Below, in pieces: positions 36,136 to 46,200 of a stretch of 64,000 nt of DNA (position 1 is its first letter; the number at the start of each line of letters is the position of its first letter). A program made the translations under genes and the position numbers. The stretch spans positions 28,000,782 through 28,064,781 of the forward strand of contig NC_085842.1 of the NCBI RefSeq assembly GCF_035594765.1. The letters run 5' to 3'. Under the pieces are notes generated by a model that saw only the letters and a program-made list of their open reading frames with translations, searched no databases and was not told the DNA's origin. The stretch comes from Anolis carolinensis (Eukaryota).

Positions 36136-36690
36136 CTGTATATACTCGAGTATAAGCCGACCCGAATATAAGCCGAGGCACCTAATTTTACCACTAAAAT
36201 AACTGGGAAAACATTGACTCCAGTATAAGTCGAGGGTGGTAAATTTCAGAAATAAAAATAGATACCAATAAAATTACATTAATTGAGGCATCAGTAGGTT
36301 AAATGTTTTTGGATATTTACATTAAGCTCAAATTTAAGATAAGACTGTCCAACTCTGATCAAATCATTATTCTCATCTGTTTCAATGTAAATGTGCTTAT
36401 GTATCCTTTTAATAATAATAGAGTAAAATAATACATGTAATAATAATAATAATAATAAATACAGGAAAATAATACATGCAATAATAAATAGAGTAAAATA
36501 ATAAATGCAATAATAATATCAGAGAAATAGAGATAAATAGAGAAAAATAATAAATGTACCATATATTCTCGAGTATAAGCTGACCCAAATATAAGCCAAC
36601 CAGGACCCTCACCCGAGTATAAGCCAAAGGGGGCTTTTTCAGTCTAAAAAAAAGGGCTGAAAAACTAGGCTTATACTCGAGTAGATACAG
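36136..36690. mobile_element. pogo/Tc2-like non-autonomous DNA transposon in B1 intron
   Basis: TIR CTGTATATACTCGAGTATAAGCC...GGCTTATACTCGAGTAGATACAG, TA flanks. Confidence 0.7.
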
Positions 36691-36794
36691 TAAATAAATA
36701 TGCCCCTGTGGAGGATGGCATGTGATGATGGGCCTATTCTCCTGATCATCTTTACTAAATTGATTGTCACCACCCCTCTGACAGGTTGTACACT

Positions 36795-38840
36795 ATGGCA
36801 TCATCAGAAGAAAAGCCACATGCCTTGGTCAAAGCTGTGGAGACCCTCAGCAAAGCAAAGGATGTACGCGAAGAAGCTGAACTACTCATGAAACCTTATG
36901 CCAAGTGGGAAGAGTTCCTCATTCCAGCTCCCCTCTCCATTGCTATCCTGGGGGAGCTGATTTTCATCTCAGCAGGGCAGCAAGACTTCTCCATCCATGA
37001 GTCTCCACCGAAGGGAGGTTTCCTTCACCTCAAGTACCCACAGTCCTTTAAGGCTTCCCTGTGTCAAATGTGCAATCAAGGTTGGAGTGCCTTCAATGAG
37101 GCCCACACAAACATGGATCAGATCAGACTGCTCACAAGGGGCATCCCGGAACGAATGAAAAGAATTATACAGATACTTCTTCAGGACACCGAGGTGATGG
37201 CAGCCTTGATTCCTAACCAGCTGAAAAACCTGCAGGCCTTGACAGAGCAATGTGAAAGGCTCACTAAGGCAGTGAGGGAGAAGTTCACAGATGTGATCGG
37301 CCTCATCCAGGAACTACTTGAGACCTGCTGTAGTGCCCAACGTGGCTGTGAAAAGGAGCTAGGAGATGTGCAGATAGCTCTCAAACAAGTCAAGATCAGA
37401 GAAAAATCAGCCAAATTGGCTGAAGAGATGGCTGAACTGTATCACCAGGAGATGAAGGAGCAAATGGAAGAATCATTCCAGCAGTATAAAAAAGCCATAG
37501 GATCCATCCCCATGGGATGGGATGCAGTGGGAATGGAGTTGGCTACCAGCCTTATCCAAACTCTGGGTACTCTTTCTGTTGAGTTTACCCGCATGCTAAC
37601 AATGAGGCAAGAGAATCTAGGAGAAGCAGCTGGAGGGAGCAGTGATGGGGGACTGACTTTAATCAGATCATTTATTTCCCCTAGTATCATATGTTCCAAG
37701 TCAGCTGAGCTTTTAACCTTTACCACCAGTTTCAAGAACCTCTTGGATAGACAAGGAGGCCTCAAAATCTCTATGATCCTAGATGAAAAGAGCAGGGAAT
37801 TTAAAACAGCGTGGGTGAAGAAAAACTTAGAAAGGTTGAAAGACACAATTGAGAAAGAGGCAGACTGTGAGGCCAAAATAAAAGCGCAAGAGATTTGTCA
37901 AGTTGGGCTGGATGTTTGCCAACAGCTGGAGAAAATGACTTCAACAGAAGGAGGCCTTGGGCAGGTAGGGCAGAGCTTACTGAATGAGATAAATAGCCTC
38001 CATAAGAAGGCCGCAGAATTTGACTCATACAGCAAGTCCTACACTCAATCTCCAGCCTTTTTTCCCAAGCCACCCAATGTGTCCAAGATAGCAGTAGAAG
38101 AAAGCTCAGGATTGGAAAATGCCCAGCGGAAAGTGAAGCAGACCCAGGAAGCACTAAAAGCTACAAGGGAGGAATATCAGAGAAGCTTTGAGAACCTCAA
38201 GAAGCAAAATGAAGAGCTGACAGAGATCCTCTACAAGATGAGGGGTTATTATGTTAAGGAAGTAGATTTTGACACTTCCAGGAAAATGCTCATCCAGGCA
38301 TTGTATGCCTTGACCCAAGTGAAAGAGCAATGGGAGAAGATGATGAGGTTTTTCCGAATTATCTCCAAATTAATTGAGTCTTCCTTTGTTTGGAGTGTGA
38401 AAGAGTTTGCTGACAGAGTGGACAGAACCAAGAGTACTTCCAGCTATTCATCCACAGCCTTCACAGCTGATCTACTTTATGGTCATATTTTTAATGTTTT
38501 CTGCATAGCCCAGCCTGTTGGTAAGATTTTTGAGTCTTCTACGCTGGTGTCAGAGAAGTACCTGATGCCACGGTTGAATAGCTTGGGCCGCATCCTGTCC
38601 ATGGATCCTAACCAACCAATGTTTGCTGCTGAACGAATTGCATTTGCTGAAGGCTGTGATGCTGCACGGGAAGCAGTGAAGGAAGTGGTGCTGAAGATGA
38701 AGGCAGAGTTTGAACAAAGTCTGGAAGCCAGAGAAGAAGCCATTGAAAGTGAGATGAGAGCATTCCTGCCTACAAACTGGTATGCTGCTGAGACACATCT
38801 GAGAGTGCTGAGTCTGGAGGAGGAAAGCAAGTTTATATAA
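36795..38840 (+). CDS. Gene B1: uncharacterised 681-aa alpha-helical/coiled-coil protein, single coding exon
   Basis: Long intact ORF; acceptor acag|G at 36785; actATGG Kozak; full-length paralogue at 53451-55487. Confidence 0.92.
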   Translation: MASSEEKPHALVKAVETLSKAKDVREEAELLMKPYAKWEEFLIPAPLSIAILGELIFISAGQQDFSIHESPPKGGFLHLKYPQSFKASLCQMCNQGWSAFNEAHTNMDQIRLLTRGIPERMKRIIQILLQDTEVMAALIPNQLKNLQALTEQCERLTKAVREKFTDVIGLIQELLETCCSAQRGCEKELGDVQIALKQVKIREKSAKLAEEMAELYHQEMKEQMEESFQQYKKAIGSIPMGWDAVGMELATSLIQTLGTLSVEFTRMLTMRQENLGEAAGGSSDGGLTLIRSFISPSIICSKSAELLTFTTSFKNLLDRQGGLKISMILDEKSREFKTAWVKKNLERLKDTIEKEADCEAKIKAQEICQVGLDVCQQLEKMTSTEGGLGQVGQSLLNEINSLHKKAAEFDSYSKSYTQSPAFFPKPPNVSKIAVEESSGLENAQRKVKQTQEALKATREEYQRSFENLKKQNEELTEILYKMRGYYVKEVDFDTSRKMLIQALYALTQVKEQWEKMMRFFRIISKLIESSFVWSVKEFADRVDRTKSTSSYSSTAFTADLLYGHIFNVFCIAQPVGKIFESSTLVSEKYLMPRLNSLGRILSMDPNQPMFAAERIAFAEGCDAAREAVKEVVLKMKAEFEQSLEAREEAIESEMRAFLPTNWYAAETHLRVLSLEEESKFI

Positions 38841-38999
38841 CCTATGACAAAAATGGGTCCAAAATCTTTGTGGGTCCTACAAAGGAGGTGGTAGGAGGGT
38901 TGTTTGGGCAAAGCCAATATAATGTCATTAATTAATTCATTGCTCAAAGAGTCTGGATCACTATGTTGCAAACATAACACACAATGACGCAAAATCTAT

Positions 39000-39648
39000 A
39001 ATCTATTATAAGGAGGGCCGATCGGAAAGTGACCTCAGTTGGTCTATCAGCATCCCTTTTTCTGCACCTTGGTTTCAAAACGGCACAGAAATTACTGAAG
39101 CAGCGGATGAGGGACATTGCCCTGGGGGAGCTCAGAGTTCACTCAAATTCACCATGTTCTCCCTGGGCCCTGAACTGAGCCATTTAAGTCATATAATTAT
39201 CTTAACAGTCTCACAGTGTGTAATTACCAAAGACTCTTCGCAAAAGCAAGACTAAACGTACTTCCATCAGAGCTGCTAAATGGCAGACTATCTGGTATCC
39301 CCTACTCCCAAAAATTATGCCCGTGCAGTGGAAATGAAATAGAATCATTACAACACATCTTGTTGCAGTGCTGCTATTACTCAGCCCAACGAGGTCAACT
39401 CATACACGCAATCCTGACCCAATTGCCTGACCATGCCCCGCAAGGGAAGGTCAGACATCTTATGGAGGATAAGCACCACGAGGTGACCCTCATGGTGGCA
39501 AAGTTCTTTGCAGTGGCAGCAAGGCTGAGAAAGAGTCTAGTCTCCAATCAGGGTATTACCTGACATTGTGTAGTTTGTGTCTGTTTAGCACATTTCCCCG
39601 GTTTTGAATGTTCTGTAAACTCCTGTATGTTATCCACTTAACAGCTGT
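39000..39648 (+). mobile_element. Non-LTR retrotransposon 3' fragment (RTE-X-like C-terminal zinc knuckle)
   Basis: FAKARLNVLPS...KLCPC...ESLQHILLQC motif. Confidence 0.6.
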
Positions 39649-39776
39649 NNNNNNNNNNNNNNNNNNNNNNNNNNNNNNNNNNNNNNNNNNNNNNNNNNNN
39701 NNNNNNNNNNNNNNNNNNNNNNNNNNNNNNNNNNNNNNNNNNNNNNNNNNNNNNNNNNNNNNNNNNNNNNNNNNNN
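39649..39776. other. Assembly gap (N run)
   Basis: 128 N. Confidence 1.
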
Positions 39777-40509
39777 TATACACTAGCAGAATATAGCTGT
39801 TGTGTGGTCTATATCTTCAAATCCTCCCCCCAATACAGAAGTAGCCCTGCTAGCCATAAATGTAAATCACAAATACACGTTGTGGCGATATCTTTTTAGG
39901 CCAACCAAAAGGTAATAATACCTCACATAACTTTCAATGCAAACAGGATTCTTTATTAAATGAATAAAAAGGAAAGTGGAAATGCAACTCAACTCAATAA
40001 GTGAAATGGGTAATCAATGTGGGAACATGAATTCTCAAGAAGCTAAGAATTGTTGAATTTTGACCCCTTTATGTTACCTATTAGAGACTGCTGTGTTATT
40101 CAGTTAGCCAGAGAAAGCTCCAAACCTCTAGCTATAAGCTAACCCCCCCCATATCTCAAAATCGCATAGAAATTGTGTTTTTCTAAAAATTAATCACAAA
40201 TAAACCTTGCTGTGACTGTTAAATGACCACTGTTTGGACTGTCATTTGCTGATAACTTTTGCAGTTGCTTTTCCCTTCTTACGAGAACACAGCTAAAGAC
40301 ATCATCCAGCTGAAGCTTGATTATAACCTGCTGAAGTGGGTAGCCAAACCCTGTGAAGTAAATATATGCTGAAAAATATATATTGAAAGGGCCACAACAA
40401 GACTGTGCCAGTTTTGCTGTCATAAACTATACCTGACTTTCACATACCTCACTTCCAGGACAACATATAGTGCAATGTTTTTCCAACTCCAGCATTCTCT
40501 CTCTCTCTT

Positions 40510-40555
<46 letters not shown>

Positions 40556-40951
40556 GGATAGCATAGGAAAGGGTTAACACCCCTGTTGTGTTTGTTTTGC
40601 TGTCTGTGCCCCTGTTCAGAAGATTTCCCCTCACTTTATATCCCTGTGAGAATTGGATTTTGAAAAATTTGGCTTGTTGTGCAAACAAGGATCGGTGATA
40701 AAGCTTCAGTGGAGACACCTTTTCCCCATGAGTGAATTTTCCTTCCAACATATAGATTTCTCCCACTTCCTGTTGTCACACTGCCATTTTTTTCACTACG
40801 AGTCTGATGTAAATTGGATGTTTGTAACTCAGGGACTGCCTGTACTCCTATGTAGGCCAATAGTAAACAAGTCTAACTCTGTTTTAGTAGATTCTTCAGA
40901 ATTGCTGTGGATAAAAGCCATGGTAGTGGTTTAAAATCTATCCCTCTAGGT

Positions 40952-41086
40952 CAGTGGTTCCCAACCTTTGGGCCTCCAGGTGTTTTGGACTTCAACTCCC
41001 AGAAAGCCCGGCCAGTTTACCAGCTGTTAGGAAGTGTGGGAGCTGAAGTCCAAAACACCTGGAGGCCCAAAGCTTGGGAACCACTG
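40952..41086. mobile_element. Palindromic hAT MITE; related copies at 42486-42619, 55571-55705, 56275-56408, 59687-59795
   Basis: Long hairpin, 8-bp TSD ctctaggt/ctctagct. Confidence 0.75.
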
Positions 41087-41254
41087 CTCTAGCTGGTACC
41101 TAGTGCCTCGTCCTCTTTATTACAACTCTCCAATTCTGAGTTTTCTTCCTTATACTGTTTTTTAGAGCTCAGAGAGAACCTATTAACCTCACCCATGATG
41201 CTTTCCCTTTATACCAGACCCAATCCTTCATGTTAAGCCGGGGTTTTCATATTA

Positions 41255-41577
41255 CAGTAGAGTCTCACTTATCCAAGCTAAACGGGCCGGCAGAAGCTTG
41301 GATAAGCGAATATCTTGGATAATAAGGAGGGATGAAGGAAAAGCCTATTAAACATCAAATTAGGTTATGATTTTACAAATTAAGCACCAAAACATCATGT
41401 TATACAACAAATTTGACAGAAAAAGTAGTTCAATATGCAGTAATGTTATGTTGTAATTACTGTATTTACGAATTTAGCACCAAAATATCATGATATATTA
41501 AAAACATTGACTACAAAAATGGCTTGGATTATCCAGAGGCTTGGATAAGCGAGGCTTGGATAAGTGAAACTCTACTG
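41255..41577. mobile_element. Tc1/mariner-type MITE
   Basis: Family TIRs. Confidence 0.8.
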
Positions 41578-41790
41578 TATTTACAATTGCCTTGGTAACA
41601 TCACTAGCAACATCTTTAGCAATATTATGAACAGCTGTTTTAGCATGGGATTTAATGATGTTCAAGCCTCTTCTTAAGAAATGGAGTTGCTCTTTCTGAA
41701 AGGACTTCTGATACCCTAGAAGACCACTTCCTGCCTGGATCCTGTAAAAATCCCCATAAAAACCAACTTGAAGGAGAAGCATCCACCCCT
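41578..41790 (-). pseudogene. Possible Polinton/Maverick core-protein gene fragment (frameshifted)
   Basis: Across frameshifts reads QAGSGLLG..RS.FR.RATPFLK.GLNIIKSHAKTAVHNIAKDVASDV. Confidence 0.4.
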
Positions 41791-41819
41791 TCTGCTCTCT
41801 CTGCTCTCAACAGAGCTGC

Positions 41820-41820
<1 letters not shown>

Positions 41821-41886
<66 letters not shown>
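41821..41886. repeat. (AG)n microsatellite; others (TG)n ~26142, (CA)n ~40513, (CT)n ~63210
   Basis: Visible dinucleotide run. Confidence 0.95.
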
Positions 41887-41888
<2 letters not shown>

Positions 41889-43214
41889 CAAACAGAGAGA
41901 GATGTTGCTCACTTTTGTACTGATTGATAGATGAATTAAGCTTTATGCAGCTGGCACATACCTCTTTCCTCATAATTCGCGGAGTCTAGCTGAAATTTGG
42001 CTAATGTGTTTTAAGGGGTCAAGTAACTGGGTTACACTTTTTGTTTATCCTCCATCAATGATTAATAGCCTTGGATTACCTTTGGCTTTACTCAAATACC
42101 CAAAGAGTTAGACACACAAACTTACATTTAGTATAAGGAAACCAACAGGGAAAGGGATTTGAATGATCTGATAAAGAGACTGAGCACTATGAGTTGTTGC
42201 TTAACCTGTACTTCATAGAATCATAGAGTTGGAAGAAACCGCAAAGGCCATCCAGTCCAACCTCTTGCCATGCAGTTAATTGGCTCAGAAGCACAGTGCA
42301 GAGATGCAGATCAGATGTGAATACACAAACACACAAAGCTCCATGTCGTAGTCCAACTCTGATGCATTTCTAAATTGTTGCTTAATGCCATTCACACTAA
42401 AAGAGCTCTCTTCTATGATGAGGCTAATACATGTTGCTAATTAGAAAGTGAAGGAAGACCATGCTACAAATGGATAGACATAAACCAGGCATGGGCAAAC
42501 TTTGGCCCTCCAGGTGTTTTGGATTTCAATTTCCACAATTCCTAACAGCCTGTAGGCTGTTAGGAATTGTGGGAGTTGAAGCCCAAAACACCTGGAAGGC
42601 TGAAGTTTGCCCATGACTGATATAAATCATGACATGACAGGCCTGGGTTTGCAAGACGTGACAAGTTTTCTCATGACTACAGCACCTGGAAGTCTCTCAT
42701 GCTTAAAGCCAACATAAGTCAAGTAAATGGCAAATAACAAGAATGAGAACAACAACAGAAGTGCCCGATATCTTCCAAATTCAACCACTATCAGGGCCCT
42801 TCTACATTGCCATATAAAATACAGATTATCTGCTTTAAACTGGATTATATGGCAGTGTCTACACTGTCATATAATCCAGTTCAAAGCAGATAATATGAAT
42901 TATCTGCTTTGATAATCTAGATTATATGTTAAAGTAGAAGGAGCCTCAGATAATTATGCGCTCATCTTGACCAATAGCATCCAACACACTGACATTTATT
43001 CTAATGGAACAGTCTGTTAAAAACATTTTTGCTTTGTCCAAAATCTGTGCCTGTTTGTGTCTTTTTCTTTTGTTATATCTTTGTAGTTGTACTTGAAACC
43101 CCAATAAATACTAATTAAAATACTGCATCGTAAATTCTTTTTACAATAATTGTAAGATTTATGTTTCATAGTATTCTTACACTTTCTAACTGCTCAGCCC
43201 AAGATCTGGTAAAG

Positions 43215-46200
43215 TGTCAGCTCACCACAGCCGCTCCTGAATGAACACACAAGACTCTCTGTGATATCACCAGAAACTTTTACTGTAGGAAACATGAACA
43301 TCAGAAAAGCCAAGAATGGGATACTACGGCCAACCCTCCTTTATATACCCTCCCCCTCATTTGAACAGTCTCTTCCCGCTCAGTAAAACCCCGCGCAAAT
43401 TCCCCGCCAAGTCCAGCAGCCGTTTCTTCTCCAAGTCCTGAGCCGCAGGTGTCTTATCAATGTCAGTGACCCTGAAACTCAGAGCCACATCCAGGCTCTA
43501 GTAGCAGGGTTCTGACATGGCGTCCTCCTCCCCTTCATCCTGGAAGGAAAAGATTAAACACAACTATTGTTCTCCGCCGTCCAGAGTTCCTTTATACTTT
43601 TTTAACAGGCTGCAATGGAATACCGGGTGTATCTTTCCTAGGCCCTTGGGTAGCCTCAGCTCATAGGTCACTTCGTTTATTCTTTTTGCTACCCTGAATG
43701 GTCCTATATAGCGTGGAGCCAATTTCTTGGATGGGAATCCCAATTTTAGGTTTTTTGTGCTCAGCCAAACCAGATCTCCTTCGCCCAATTTGTCCCCCTC
43801 TCGGCGCCTACGATCCGCAAAGAGCTTGTACTTCTTTTGTGTTTCCCGCAATGCCTCTACTACGGTTTGCCACCCTTGCTTGATTTTGGCCGGCCATTCC
43901 TCGTCGGTCTGGCCCTCCCCTTCCTTCCACTCGGGTAGCCTGGGGAAAGGTGCCACCTCCTGTCCGTATACTATTTCGAATGGGGCACGACCTGTGGCCG
44001 AATGTACGGCCCCGTTAAAAGCCATCTCAGCAAACGGTAGAAGGTCCGCCCAATCATCCTGTCTATAATTGGTGTACATCCTTAAAAATTGGCACAGTGT
44101 CTGTTGGGTACGTTCGACCCCCCCGTTGGTCGCGGGATGAAAGGCCGAGCTCAGGTTCCTTTCTGCTCCTAACAGCTGTAAGAATTTTCCCCAAAATTTT
44201 GCAGTAAATTGGACTCCCCGGTCGCTAATTATTTTGTCGGGACACCCATGTAGGCGATATACATGCTTCACATACAAATCAGCAAGTTTTTCAGCTGAAG
44301 GGAGTTTTGGCAGGGCCACAAAGTGTGCCTGTTTTGAGAATAGGTCCAATATTGTCCAAATGTATCTGTGGCCTCTGCTGGGGGGTAGTTCGCCTACAAA
44401 ATCCATGGCTACGCATTCCCATGGCCTCATGGGCTCCACCACCTTCTGCAATAGCCCCTGGGGCTTCCCCGGTGGTGTTTTTCCCTCTGCACATAATTCA
44501 CACTGCGTGACGTACCCCCTGGCGTCTTTCCTCATTCCGGGCCACCAGCATTGTCTGGCCAACAGTTTAATAGTCCTGGTGGGGCCTAGATGACCCGCAC
44601 CTTTGTTATCATGGTACTTCCTTAACATTTCTCGTCTTAAACATTCAGGGATATACAATTTCTTATTTACAAACACCAAATCCCCACACAATTCTCCCTT
44701 TTCTTTGTTAGTTTGTAACCATTTGTCCATTCCATACGCTCGCTTCAACTCTTCCTCCCATATTTCTCCTCCCCCCGTGGAAATGGCAGTACGTTTGTTT
44801 TCTTTGGCCGCTTGTGCTCGAGTTAGTACTGCCAGGCCCCATTGCTTATCTAGGAATAGGCTCCCTTCAGATTCCTGAATTCCTCCCCCGTGCTGAGGCA
44901 TCCGAGAGAGAGCGTCAGCGAGTATGTTATGTTTCCCCTGGAAGAATCTGAGTCTGAAATCAAAACGGCTGAAATATTGGGCCCATCTAATTTGCTTCGC
45001 TGATAGTTTACGAGGGGATCTTAGATACTGTAAATTTCTATGATCAGTCCACACCTCAAACGGTGTTCCACTTCCTTCCAGAAAGTGTCTCCAGCACTCT
45101 AGTGCTTTTAGAATAGCTAAGGCTTCACTCTCCCAAATTGGCCAGTTTTTTTCTGTATCGCTAAACTTTTTTGACAGATAGCCACATGGCTTCAGGTTCC
45201 CCCCCTCGTCTTTCTGTAGCAGAACTGCCCCATATGCCCGGTCTGATGCATCGCAATGTAATACAAAGGCTTTAGACATATCAGGGTGCTGTAGGACAGG
45301 CTCCTCAGTAAAACGCTTTTTAAGGGCTTCGAAAGCTTCCTGGCATTCTATTGTCCATGTCAGTTTGGCCCCTGGGGCCTTCACTTTGGCTGTTTCTCCC
45401 CTGCCTTTAGTCTTTAACAAATCCGTTAATGGCAAAGTGAGGCGCGCAAAGTCCTTGATAAATGTTCTATAGAAGTTTGCGAACCCTAGGAAGGATTGCA
45501 GCTGCTTCCGTGTTTTGGGGGCTTCCCACCCCCTCACGTCTTCTACCTTCGCAGGGTCCATCGCCACTCCCTGGGAGGAAATCCTATACCCCAGAAAGTC
45601 TATCTGGTCTTTATTGAACTCGCACTTGGCAAGCTTCGCATACAGTTTTGCTTCTCTCAACTTTTGCAGGACTTCCCTGACTAGTTCTATGTGTTGCTCC
45701 TTAGTCCGAGATATTATCAATATGTCATCTAAAAAAACAAAGACCCCCTTGTACAACAATGGATGCAACACTTCGTTGATTAATTGCATGAACGCGGCAC
45801 CTCCGCCGCACAAACCGAAGGGGAGCACACGATAATTGAATAATCCGAATGCACAGGAGAAGGCCGTCTTCCACCTGTCCTCTGGTTTGATCTGCAATTT
45901 ATGGTACGCTTCAATTAAGTCCAATTTAGTGAATATCTGTCCCTCCGATAACTGGGCGATCAAGTCCTTCACTAAGGGTAGGGGGTATTTATTTACAGAA
46001 CTGATTGCATTCAGGCCCCTGTAGTCAATGCAGAGCCTCAGCGTTTGGTCCTTTTTCCGCCTGAACAACACAGGCGCCCCTAGAGGGGAATTTGAAGGCT
46101 CTATGAAACCCCTCGCTAGGTTTTTATCAATGTATTTTCTCAGTTCCTCCTTTTCCCTAGCCGACATTGGGTATATTTTTGCCTTGGGAAGCTCTGCTCC

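Noticed and set aside
39556-39796. ORFs containing X runs
   Set aside because: Artefacts of the assembly gap
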